The position numbers and the translations under genes are program-made. From the NCBI GenBank assembly GCA_964430875.1, contig CAYSHP010000005.1:8740-72739 (forward strand): 64,000 bases of DNA. Reading direction: 5' to 3'. Positions 55,360 through 64,000 of the stretch are shown here, piece after piece (the first letter of the stretch is position 1; each line of letters begins with the position of its first letter). The notes under the pieces were generated by a model, which was not told the origin of the DNA, ran no database searches, and saw only the letters and a program-made list of their open reading frames with translations. The DNA comes from an uncultured Halanaerobiales bacterium (GTDB lineage: Bacteria; Bacillota; Halanaerobiia; Halanaerobiales; M55B127).

Positions 55360-56807
55360 ATGCAAGCTTATTAATAGCAGTCCCTTTACTGACTGCCTTT
55401 GTAATACCATTAATTGCTAAGTTACATAAGAAAATTCCTGCATTTTTGGTATTACTAAGTACATTATTTAATGTAATTATAACCTTCTCTTTATATAGTA
55501 CAGTAATGGAAAATCCAATCGTAATTCAAATTGGTAATTGGGCTGTACCTTTTGGAATTAACCTTTATGTAGATAAATTAGCTTTGTTTTCTCTAATGGT
55601 TATCTCAGTTATTACCTTATTAATATCAATATATAATATAAGAAATACAGATGAATTAAATGAAAGTAAATTTAATACTATGTTTTTATTAGCTTTTACA
55701 GGTATAAATGGGATTATTTTAACAGGAGATATTTTTAACCTCTTTGTCTTTATTGAAATTGCAGCAATTTCCACTTATGTATTATCAACAATGAAAAGAA
55801 AAGAAAGTTATCAAGCTGCTTTTAAATATATTGTAATGGGATCAATTGCTTCTGTATTTTTACTAATGGCAATCGGCTTTTTATACAGCAGTATCGGAAG
55901 TTTAAATATGGGCGTAATTGCACAAAATGCTGGTAGTTTAAATCCCTCATTATTAAAAGTAGTCACATTATTATTGTTAATCGGAATTGGTATGGAAGCA
56001 GAACTTTTCCCGATGAATTTATGGGTTCCAGAAGTTTATGCTAAATCCTATGTAGGGGTAACTGCTTTGCTAAGTGGTGTACTTTCTGTTTCAGGCATAT
56101 ATGCCATGATAAGAGTATACTTTACGCTCTTTGGTAGTACTGATATTTTCTTTTACATTACTATAATCGGAGCTGTAACTTTAATATTTGGTGAATTCAT
56201 AGCTTACCAACAGAAAAATATTAAAAAAATGTTAGCCTATTCAAGTATTGCCCAGATGGGTCTGGTAATGGCAGTAATTAGTTTAAATACACCCACCGCT
56301 ATACAAGCCGGTTTATTTCAACTATTAAATCATTCCATACTAAAAGTACTGCTCTTTATTTCAGCTGGTTTTATGACCTATGCAGTTGGCAGTAATAAGA
56401 TTAAAGACCTTGCTGGTTTAGGTAAAAAAACACCAGTAGCTGGTTTTGGTTTTACACTCGGTGCATTAGGAATCATGGGTGTGCCATTTTTAAATGGATT
56501 TGTAAGTAAGATGCTGATTGTGCAAACTTCCCTTGGTTTGGGCAAATATTTTATTACAGGGTTGATTTTATTAGCTACTTTAATTGAAATTGCTTATTAC
56601 CTTAAAGTTATTCAAAACTTATACTTTAATGAAAATACTTTAAAAGTCAAAAAACTAATACCCTGCTTCTTACCGATTGGAGTTTTATCAGCAGCCATAC
56701 TTTATTTAGGAATAAGTCCACAAGTTGTTATTAACCTACTTAATCAAGTAGGCAATCAAGTTATTGATAATTCTAATTATATTATTTCAATATTGGGAGG
56801 GATTTAA
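55356..56807 (+). CDS. mbxH: Mbx subunit H (MnhD/NuoM/N-like antiporter subunit)
   Basis: DIFNLFVFIE, WVPEVY, KKMLAYSS and NHSILK. Confidence 0.9.
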   Translation: MNASLLIAVPLLTAFVIPLIAKLHKKIPAFLVLLSTLFNVIITFSLYSTVMENPIVIQIGNWAVPFGINLYVDKLALFSLMVISVITLLISIYNIRNTDELNESKFNTMFLLAFTGINGIILTGDIFNLFVFIEIAAISTYVLSTMKRKESYQAAFKYIVMGSIASVFLLMAIGFLYSSIGSLNMGVIAQNAGSLNPSLLKVVTLLLLIGIGMEAELFPMNLWVPEVYAKSYVGVTALLSGVLSVSGIYAMIRVYFTLFGSTDIFFYITIIGAVTLIFGEFIAYQQKNIKKMLAYSSIAQMGLVMAVISLNTPTAIQAGLFQLLNHSILKVLLFISAGFMTYAVGSNKIKDLAGLGKKTPVAGFGFTLGALGIMGVPFLNGFVSKMLIVQTSLGLGKYFITGLILLATLIEIAYYLKVIQNLYFNENTLKVKKLIPCFLPIGVLSAAILYLGISPQVVINLLNQVGNQVIDNSNYIISILGGI

Positions 56808-58679
56808 ATGAGTTTAAGTCAAATAATTATAATCCCTATCGTTTTATCAGTTATTACTTATTTGATTTCAAAAAAGATAAAAAAAGCAGGTTCTATTATA
56901 AATATAATCCTTTCAGGCTATATACTCTATACTTTAATTGATTTTTATGGACAATGGGATATCCTTAATCAAAGCTTGAATATTAGAGTACTAGGAGGTA
57001 ATTTTGAGTTTATCCTCAACAATTCTCCTTTAGCCTGGCTTTTAGCAATTATGACCGCGGGCAGTATATTTTTAATCAGTATCTTTACTGTTAATTCTCA
57101 AAAGAATGATAAAAATTCTGCAAGCTTTCACTTCTTTTTTTCAATATTATTAGGTAGTATCTTAGGAGTGGTTTTTGCAGGTGATTTAATGACACTCTTT
57201 ATCTTTTGGGAAGTTATGACTTACTCTTCCTTTTTCTTGATTTCTTCTGGTAAAAAGGAAGGGGCTAAAAAAGCTTCTTATCGTTATTTACTCTTAAGTG
57301 CTTTAGGGGCTTACTTAATGTTAACCTCAATATTTATAATCTATACTCAGACTAATTCATTGGAATTTACACAGGTAGCAAGTTATTTAGAAGGTCTACC
57401 AACTTTAAATTCAATTATTTTGATAATAATGATAGGAATTCCTTTCTTAATTAAAGCAGGTGTATTCCCCTTCCATGTTTGGGTAAATGGGGCACATAGT
57501 AATGCACCCAAGGAGTTTTCCCCTTTTCTATCCGGTTTAATGTTGAAAGTAGGTACTTATGGATTAATGCTTTTATTATACTTTGTACCACTTTATAACA
57601 TACTAGGGGATAGTATTAAATTTAGAGGTTTACCTCTATTCAATTATATATTAGCCATCTTTGGTGGAATTACAATTATTGCAGGAACAATATTAGCGAT
57701 AAGACAAGAAGATGTAAAAAGACTAGTGGCCTTTTCTTCTATTTCACAAATGGGTTATATTGTAATGGCACTAGCCATTTCAACTCCACTTGGTTTTACC
57801 GGTGGTCTGCTCCATTTGATGAACCATATGATATTTAAAACCACTATATTTTTAACAATGGCAGCTGTTATTTATAGGACACATACAACTAAGATGCATG
57901 AAATGGGAGGACTTATTTTTAGAATGCCGGTCACTTTTGCCGCCTATTTAACAGCCATTATTGCCTTAGCTGGTATCCCCCCTACAAACGGCTTTATTTC
58001 AAAGTGGGTAATATATCAAGCTTTAATCCAAAAAGGATATATTTTCCTTTCAGTAGCCGCCTTTTTTGGTAGTATTGGTTCTTTTATGTATGTATTTAAA
58101 CCATTAAGTACTGTCTTTTTAGGACAGCTCAAACCAGAACATAAAGATATTAAAGAAGTACCTTTTTTAATGCAGGTTCCCATGTATATCATGATGGCCC
58201 TGATGCTTTTATTCGGAGTTTTACCTGGTATTCAAATGAGAATTATTAATCAAATCGGTCAGTATCTAAATATTGAAACTGTCCAATCAACTCTTTATAC
58301 AATCTCCGGTGCATATGGTGCCTGGAACTCTTTAATAATCTTTAATGTCTTTGTAGGAGGCTTTATATTAGCTTTCTTAATTTTTATCTTTGCAAAGAAA
58401 TCAAAATTGGTCGGCCTAATGGACACTTACACAGCTGGTGAGTATATGGACGATCCGGAAAGTTACCATTATGCATATAAATATTATCGGCCTTTTGATC
58501 GTGTATTTGATTCTTTTGCTGCTAATAGTTTAACTAAAGCTTATGATACCTTCGCTGGAAATATAGTTAAATTAGGACAGGTATTTAGTAAATCCTTTGT
58601 AACCGGGAACGGACAAACTTATGCCTTTTATATGATCTTACTGATGATAATACTGGCATTTGCGGGGTGGATAGTATGA
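56808..58679 (+). CDS. Mbx subunit H' (second antiporter-like subunit, NuoL/MrpA-like)
   Basis: LFIFWE, PFHVWV, RLVAFSS, NHMIFK and NGFISKW. Confidence 0.85.
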   Translation: MSLSQIIIIPIVLSVITYLISKKIKKAGSIINIILSGYILYTLIDFYGQWDILNQSLNIRVLGGNFEFILNNSPLAWLLAIMTAGSIFLISIFTVNSQKNDKNSASFHFFFSILLGSILGVVFAGDLMTLFIFWEVMTYSSFFLISSGKKEGAKKASYRYLLLSALGAYLMLTSIFIIYTQTNSLEFTQVASYLEGLPTLNSIILIIMIGIPFLIKAGVFPFHVWVNGAHSNAPKEFSPFLSGLMLKVGTYGLMLLLYFVPLYNILGDSIKFRGLPLFNYILAIFGGITIIAGTILAIRQEDVKRLVAFSSISQMGYIVMALAISTPLGFTGGLLHLMNHMIFKTTIFLTMAAVIYRTHTTKMHEMGGLIFRMPVTFAAYLTAIIALAGIPPTNGFISKWVIYQALIQKGYIFLSVAAFFGSIGSFMYVFKPLSTVFLGQLKPEHKDIKEVPFLMQVPMYIMMALMLLFGVLPGIQMRIINQIGQYLNIETVQSTLYTISGAYGAWNSLIIFNVFVGGFILAFLIFIFAKKSKLVGLMDTYTAGEYMDDPESYHYAYKYYRPFDRVFDSFAANSLTKAYDTFAGNIVKLGQVFSKSFVTGNGQTYAFYMILLMIILAFAGWIV

Positions 58680-59563
58680 TTTTAACAATAATTCAGTTTA
58701 TACTTATAGCATTTGGAGCAATGGCTTTGGGTCTTCTTTTCATTGGTTTTGCCAAAAAAACTGTAGCCCGCACTCAAAAAAGAGTCGGTCCACCATTTTA
58801 TCAACCCTATATTGATGTCTTGAAATTATTCGGTAAAGACGCTATTACACACGGCTTTATCTTTGATTTTGGGGCAATAATGGCCTTTGGGGGCATGATA
58901 GCTACCCTATTTTTTGTACCAATTGCCAGTATTCAACTTTATAGTATGAGCGGCACCCTTTTATTAGTTATCTATTTGATGGCAATTGCTTATTTAGGTA
59001 TGGCAATGGCCACAGTTGGTTCAGGAAATCCTCTGGCTTCTGTTGGTATTTCAAGGGCTTTAACTCAAATGTTAGGTTATGAAATGCCATTTATAGTAGT
59101 TTTATTAACCTTAATATATAGAAGTAGTAATTCATCAATTTGGGGAATTGTGCAGGCACAACAAGGTGGGTTTTTAAACTGGAATTTAATTAATGTACCA
59201 ATTGGTACTGTTGTAGCTTTTATTGCCCTCTTAGGTTTAATGGGTAAAAAACCATTTGATGCACCTATCGCCCCCTCTGAAATTGCTTCAGGGCCGGTGG
59301 TTGAACATGGTGGTAAATATTTAGCACTATTAATGTTACAGCACGCTGTAGCAATTGTTGTTGAGACTGCTCTTTTTGTAAACCTCTTTTTAGGAGGCTC
59401 TTCCAACATAATCATTTTCATCTTGAAAATGCTTATTGTTTGGCTATTGGCTACTTTAATTGGTTCTATATTCCCACGTTTTAAAGTCGAGCAAGGTGTC
59501 TTATTTTACTGGAAGTGGCCTTTAATTGCCGCCTTGTTGCAAGCAGTCATCATTATTTTTTAA
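58676..59563 (+). CDS. mbxM: Mbx subunit M (NuoH-like)
   Basis: GPPFYQPYID, ISRAL and KKPFDAPIAPSE; ATGA overlap with the upstream stop. Confidence 0.85.
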   Translation: MILTIIQFILIAFGAMALGLLFIGFAKKTVARTQKRVGPPFYQPYIDVLKLFGKDAITHGFIFDFGAIMAFGGMIATLFFVPIASIQLYSMSGTLLLVIYLMAIAYLGMAMATVGSGNPLASVGISRALTQMLGYEMPFIVVLLTLIYRSSNSSIWGIVQAQQGGFLNWNLINVPIGTVVAFIALLGLMGKKPFDAPIAPSEIASGPVVEHGGKYLALLMLQHAVAIVVETALFVNLFLGGSSNIIIFILKMLIVWLLATLIGSIFPRFKVEQGVLFYWKWPLIAALLQAVIIIF

Positions 59564-59579
59564 TCAGGAGTGATCATTA

Positions 59580-60113
59580 ATGAAAGATAAATTTAAAAGT
59601 AGTAAATGGCAGGAGGTCATTAACTGGGCGCAAAAAAGATCCCTTTTTATGCTTCACTACTGTACAGGCTGTGGGGCAATTGAACTTCCTCCTACTATGA
59701 CTTCTAGATATGATATGAGTAGATTTGGAATCGGTCCTGCTGCTACCCCTAGACAGGCAGATATCCTCTTAATAACAGGCTATTTAAGCACTAAGACTTT
59801 AAGAAGGGTTATCTATACTTATGAACAAATGCAGGATCCCAAATTTGTAATGGGTTTTGGTTCCTGTACGATAAATGGGGGTATGTACTGGGATTCATAT
59901 AATACAATCAAACAACTTGATAAGTATATACCAGTTGATTTATATATAGCTGGTTGTATGCCTCGTCCGGAAGCAATTCTGGAAGGTTTTATGGAACTTA
60001 AAAACAAAATTGAAACTGGTAATGCTGATGGTTATCTAAGATATAAGGAAGATTATGATTTTTACAAAGAAAACCAAGAGAAAGTCTTAGGGGAGGTTAA
60101 GAGAAGACAATGA
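59580..60113 (+). CDS. mbxJ: Mbx subunit J (NuoB-like [4Fe-4S])
   Basis: CTGCGAIE, PRQAD, GSC and AGCMPRPEA. Confidence 0.9.
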   Translation: MKDKFKSSKWQEVINWAQKRSLFMLHYCTGCGAIELPPTMTSRYDMSRFGIGPAATPRQADILLITGYLSTKTLRRVIYTYEQMQDPKFVMGFGSCTINGGMYWDSYNTIKQLDKYIPVDLYIAGCMPRPEAILEGFMELKNKIETGNADGYLRYKEDYDFYKENQEKVLGEVKRRQ

Positions 60114-60592
60114 GAAATGAATCAGAAGTAATTGAACTGATCAAAAATAAATTAAATCCTCTCGATGTTAAAAAGTTAAGAACACAAAATCTGGCTGTCA
60201 CACTAAAAAAGGATGAATTAATTTCTGGATTAAATTATCTTAAAGCCCACAGTTATATTCATCTTGCTACTATAAGTTGTGTAGACTGGATAGATGATAA
60301 TGAATTCGAACTAGTTTATCATCTCTTCTCTTATGAAGATAAAATAAATATTAGTGTTAAAACAAGAATTGATAGAAAAGAATCTAAATTTGTAACCATA
60401 AAAAATATTTGGGCAGTTGCTCAATATTATGAACGCGATATACATGATTTTTTCGGTGTTGAATTTGAAGGAAATGATGATATGGATGAACTTATTTTAG
60501 AAAATTGGAATGATATTCCACCGATGAGAAAAGATTTTAATACCAGAGAATATGTAGATGAAAAATATGAATGGAGGGAATACCATGGATAA
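60110..60592 (+). CDS. mbxK: Mbx subunit K (NuoC-like)
   Basis: YERDIHDFFGVEFEG and PPMRKDF. Confidence 0.9.
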   Translation: MRNESEVIELIKNKLNPLDVKKLRTQNLAVTLKKDELISGLNYLKAHSYIHLATISCVDWIDDNEFELVYHLFSYEDKINISVKTRIDRKESKFVTIKNIWAVAQYYERDIHDFFGVEFEGNDDMDELILENWNDIPPMRKDFNTREYVDEKYEWREYHG

Positions 60593-61694
60593 AAGTAAAA
60601 TGACGGAAATGTTTTTTGGTCCTAACCATCCTGGTGTTCCAGGTAATTATGGTATAAATTATTATTATGAAGGTGATACAGTTGTATCAGCGGAACCTAA
60701 TGCTGGACACTTACACCGCGGATTTGAAAAATTAATGGAAGAAAGAGAATGGATTAAAAATACTCCTTTAGTTTGTAGAATCTGTGTTATGGAACCAGAT
60801 ATCAATGAAATGGTCTATGCTATGGGTTATGAAGCAATCGGTGAAATCGAAGTACCAAAAAGAGCCCAATATATTAGGTCAATCATCTTAGAACTGGCTA
60901 GAATTCAAGCCCACATTTTTTCTATCGGAGGTAATTCTGCGGCAATTGGTCTTTATTCAGCTATGCAGATAGGAGTTTTAGCACGTGATTATATATTAGA
61001 TATATTTGAAGAAATTACAGGTGGTAGAGTATATCATATCTACATTAGGCCAGGTGGGGTTAGACATGATATTGAAGATGAAACCTTTGACAAGATATTA
61101 GATCTATTAGATGACTTAGAAAATAATAGGATGCCGGAATTTCAAAAATTAATCTTTGAAAATCCTACTGCTCAAAAACGCTGGAAAGGTACAGCTGTTT
61201 TAAAACAGGAAGATGTACTTCGTTTAGGAGTTACCGGTCCTGCTTTAAGAGCGACTGGTCTTGAACATGATGTTAGACGACTGATGCCTTATGGAGCTTA
61301 TGATGAAGTAGACTTTGTAATTCCAACCGGCCAGGATGCTGATGCCTGGACTAGATTACAATTAAAAAGAAATGAAATTTTTCAAAGTATAAATATTATT
61401 AGACAGTTAATAAATAATATGCCGGATGGTCCTGTAAGTGTCAAATTAGGGAATGCTTTAAAGTATAAAATACCAGAAGGTGAAGCTTATGTTAAAGTTG
61501 AATCTTCTCGGGGAGAATATGGCTATTATATGGTCTCTGATGGTGGGTTAAAACCTTATAGAGTGCATGTGAGGGGTACATCTACTCCACTCGGATTATA
61601 TGGTGTAGAAGCACTCTTACCGGGTACAAGAATTGAAGATGTACCGGTCTGGGCCCATAGTTTAGGTATCTGTCCACCGGAATTTGATAGATAA
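60585..61694 (+). CDS. mbxL: Mbx subunit L (NuoD-like catalytic subunit without a full NiFe ligand set)
   Basis: GHLHRGFEKL, RICVMEPD, RVYHIY and SLGICPPEFDR; ATG 60585 after GGAGGG. Confidence 0.9.
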   Translation: MDKSKMTEMFFGPNHPGVPGNYGINYYYEGDTVVSAEPNAGHLHRGFEKLMEEREWIKNTPLVCRICVMEPDINEMVYAMGYEAIGEIEVPKRAQYIRSIILELARIQAHIFSIGGNSAAIGLYSAMQIGVLARDYILDIFEEITGGRVYHIYIRPGGVRHDIEDETFDKILDLLDDLENNRMPEFQKLIFENPTAQKRWKGTAVLKQEDVLRLGVTGPALRATGLEHDVRRLMPYGAYDEVDFVIPTGQDADAWTRLQLKRNEIFQSINIIRQLINNMPDGPVSVKLGNALKYKIPEGEAYVKVESSRGEYGYYMVSDGGLKPYRVHVRGTSTPLGLYGVEALLPGTRIEDVPVWAHSLGICPPEFDR

Positions 61695-61719
61695 TATTTC
61701 TCAAAGTGAGGTGAATTTG

Positions 61720-63516
61720 ATGAGTAAAGATAAAAAAAGTATTTTTTCTCCCACCGTTACATTTAAAAATTTATTTAAAAAACCTGAAACAGTTAAATTC
61801 CCAAAAGAAAGCAAAGAAACTGCTAAAAGATATCGTGGTTTTCATATAAATGACCTAGATAAGTGTATTGGTTGTGGAACCTGTGCAGAAATCTGTGATA
61901 ATAAAGCCATTGATATGGTTCAATTAGCTGATGTTAAAACCGAACTAGGACAACGTGATGAAAGACCTAAAATTGATTATGGGCGCTGTTGCTGGTGTGG
62001 GCTATGTGTTGATGTTTGTACTACTGGTTCTTTAGAATTTACACAAGACTATACTTATATTGATCAAGACCCTGATACTTTTTCTTATATACCTGATAAC
62101 AAAAATATTAATAAAGTAGAATTTGAAGTTGGTTATAAAAGAGATGAAGTTTCTGAACTTCTTGATTTAGATAGAGTGGAGATGGAAGAATTAAATCCAG
62201 CGAAAAGAGTCGATTCTTTTGTAGAAATTGTGCAGGGTTTTTCTAAAGAAAAGGCTGAAAAAGAAGCCTCCCGTTGTGTGGAATGTGATATTTGTACAGA
62301 AGCCTGTCCGGCTAGTATGAATATACCAGAATATATCCGGGGTATTTTTGATGAAGACTTAGATGAATCCTTAAAACAAATCTATGAAGATAATCCACTA
62401 CCCGAAGTATGTGGTAGAATATGTACTCATAAATGTGAAACGATCTGCTCTATTGGTCACCGCGGTGAACCGATCTCTATACGTTGGCTAAAAAGATATG
62501 CAGTAGATAATGTCGACTCTGCTGAATATCAAAAAGTATTAGGTACAGAAAAAATAGACCAGGTTGATAAACAGGTCGCTATTATTGGGGCAGGACCTGC
62601 TGGTCTCTCTGCTGCTCATTACTTAAGATTAATGGGATATCAGATTACTGTTTATGAAGCAGAAGAAAAAGCAGGAGGGATGATGAGATATGGTATTCCA
62701 GAATACAGATTACCATATGATCAACTAGATAAGGATATTAATTATATAAAAGAACTTGGTGTAGACTTTGTCTTTAATACTAGAGTCGGTGAAGATATAA
62801 AAATGCAAGAAATTGAAGATAAATATGATGCTGTTTTTGCTGCTACCGGTTTACATAATGGTAGGAGTACCAGAATTCCAGGTACAGATCACAATAATGT
62901 TTATCAGGCTATTTACTTACTAAAGAAAATTACTAAAGGCGAAAAAGTACCGGTTACTGAAAGAATTGTAGTAATTGGTGGAGGTAATGTTGCAATGGAT
63001 ATTGCAAGATCATTAGCTAGAATACAAAAACAAGAATTTGGAGAAGTTGATGTTATAGTTACTTCTTTAGAAACCGAAGATGTCATGCCTGCTGATGAAG
63101 AAGAAATCGAAGAAGCCCGCGAAGAAGGAGTAAAATTTGAACCGGGCCGCGGTCCAAAAGAAATCGTTGTTAATGAAGATGGCAGTATAGCACAATTATG
63201 TACAAACTGCTGTGTATCAGTATTTGATGATGATATGAACTTTAGTCCATCATTTGATAATGATGATATTAAAAACTTTGACTGTGATATGGTAGTAGAA
63301 GCCATCGGTCAAGGTGGAGATAATAGTTATATTGATGATAACTATGATATTGAATATGAAGGACCAAGAATAAAAGTTGATGAAGAACAGCAAACTTCTC
63401 TTCCCTGGTTATTTGCAGGTGGAGATATTGTGCAGGGGCCTGATGTTATTACCGGTATTAAAACCGGCCATGATGCAGCCGTAGGTATTGATAAATACTT
63501 ACGCGGTGAAAAATAA
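61720..63516 (+). CDS. MbxN/NuoI 2x[4Fe-4S] domain fused to a GltD/NfnB-like FAD/NAD(P)H oxidoreductase
   Basis: RYRG, CIGCGTC and CCWCGLC; then CVECDIC...CP, CGRIC...CE, GAGPAG, YGIPEYRLP and GGGNVAMD. Start 61720 after GAGGTG. Confidence 0.85.
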   Translation: MSKDKKSIFSPTVTFKNLFKKPETVKFPKESKETAKRYRGFHINDLDKCIGCGTCAEICDNKAIDMVQLADVKTELGQRDERPKIDYGRCCWCGLCVDVCTTGSLEFTQDYTYIDQDPDTFSYIPDNKNINKVEFEVGYKRDEVSELLDLDRVEMEELNPAKRVDSFVEIVQGFSKEKAEKEASRCVECDICTEACPASMNIPEYIRGIFDEDLDESLKQIYEDNPLPEVCGRICTHKCETICSIGHRGEPISIRWLKRYAVDNVDSAEYQKVLGTEKIDQVDKQVAIIGAGPAGLSAAHYLRLMGYQITVYEAEEKAGGMMRYGIPEYRLPYDQLDKDINYIKELGVDFVFNTRVGEDIKMQEIEDKYDAVFAATGLHNGRSTRIPGTDHNNVYQAIYLLKKITKGEKVPVTERIVVIGGGNVAMDIARSLARIQKQEFGEVDVIVTSLETEDVMPADEEEIEEAREEGVKFEPGRGPKEIVVNEDGSIAQLCTNCCVSVFDDDMNFSPSFDNDDIKNFDCDMVVEAIGQGGDNSYIDDNYDIEYEGPRIKVDEEQQTSLPWLFAGGDIVQGPDVITGIKTGHDAAVGIDKYLRGEK

Positions 63517-63528
63517 ATATATAATTTA

Positions 63529-63562
63529 AGCGGAGAGTAGAAATGCTCTCCGCTCTTTATTT
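63529..63562 (+). terminator. Intrinsic terminator ending the mbx operon
   Basis: AGCGGAGAGT-AGAAAT-GCTCTCCGCT followed by T-rich sequence. Confidence 0.8.
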
Positions 63563-63570
63563 ATAAACTT

Positions 63571-64000
63571 TTACTTCCGATGTTGAAGGGCTTTTATCGG
63601 ATCTTTTTTCGCAGCCCAATAAGCTGGAAAAATACTTGCTAAAGCAGAGGTCATTAGACCAAATGAATTGACTATAATAAATGCAGTTTGATTCCAAGAA
63701 CTATAAATTTTAGTTACTAATGGAAATCCTACATCTCCCATTACTTCTTTACCTCCACCTTCCATAAAAATCGCATAATCCATACCAAAATTAACTAAAT
63801 ACCAGATAGTTAAAGCTCCAAATATTGATCCAACTATTACCCCTATGATACCAATACCAATTGACTCATACATAAAAACTTGTACAATTTCTCTTTCCTT
63901 TAAACCTAATGCTTTCATCATTCCAATCTCTTCCATTCTTTCCAGAGCTGCTAATATTACAGTATTTATTATACCCATAGCTCCAATAATTAATATAATT
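63571..64000 (-). CDS. FtsX/LolE-like ABC permease (C-terminal part; continues beyond window end)
   Basis: ERMEEIGMMKALG and ASIFPAYWAAKKDPIKAL. The frame stays open upstream of the track's 63978 start. Confidence 0.8.
   Translation of the reverse strand, partial: IILIIGAMGIINTVILAALERMEEIGMMKALGLKEREIVQVFMYESIGIGIIGVIVGSIFGALTIWYLVNFGMDYAIFMEGGGKEVMGDVGFPLVTKIYSSWNQTAFIIVNSFGLMTSALASIFPAYWAAKKDPIKALQHRK

Noticed and set aside
60585-61694. [NiFe] hydrogenase (Mbh/Ech) large subunit
   Set aside because: Only two of the four Ni-ligating Cys are present (RICVME, ICPPE), and no hyp maturation genes are nearby.
43097-63305. Short antisense ORFs inside the xdh-like and mbx operons (e.g. 44102-44518, 59077-59421, 62913-63305)
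   Set aside because: Fully nested opposite strongly conserved genes and lacking independent signals.

Overview
AT-rich chromosomal window from an anaerobic Firmicute. A Halanaerobiales-like diderm halophile is inferred from gene content, signal peptides without a lipobox and acidic exported proteins. No rRNA, tRNA, CRISPR array or prophage was seen. In order it holds: a partial MalT-like STAND regulator, a secreted beta-helix-like protein, thiolase, cold-shock protein, a fetAB-ycaQ operon and DUF4914. Next come a 348-bp non-autonomous IS200/IS605 derivative that keeps both end hairpins and the omegaRNA-type right end, an LdtD-like/M15 peptidase pair, several ABC exporters with a two-component system, and a RudS-like/tocopherol-cyclase-like pair. 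Then follow a pfkB / SPOR-BcsB-like / degenerate MshEN-GT2 operon, a three-subunit molybdo-flavoenzyme, CorA, MscS and a 5'-nucleotidase-LysM protein. The window ends with an ArsR gene divergent from a 13-gene Mbx/MBS-type respiratory complex whose last subunit is fused to a GltD/NfnB-like flavoprotein. The best candidates for undescribed biology are (1) the SPOR-BcsB-like protein paired with a GT2 that has lost every catalytic motif, (2) the MBS-type complex with its NAD(H)-type module and mirrored ArsR-linked promoters, and (3) the omegaRNA-bearing mini-IS. All family assignments come from motif recognition only; no database searches were run.
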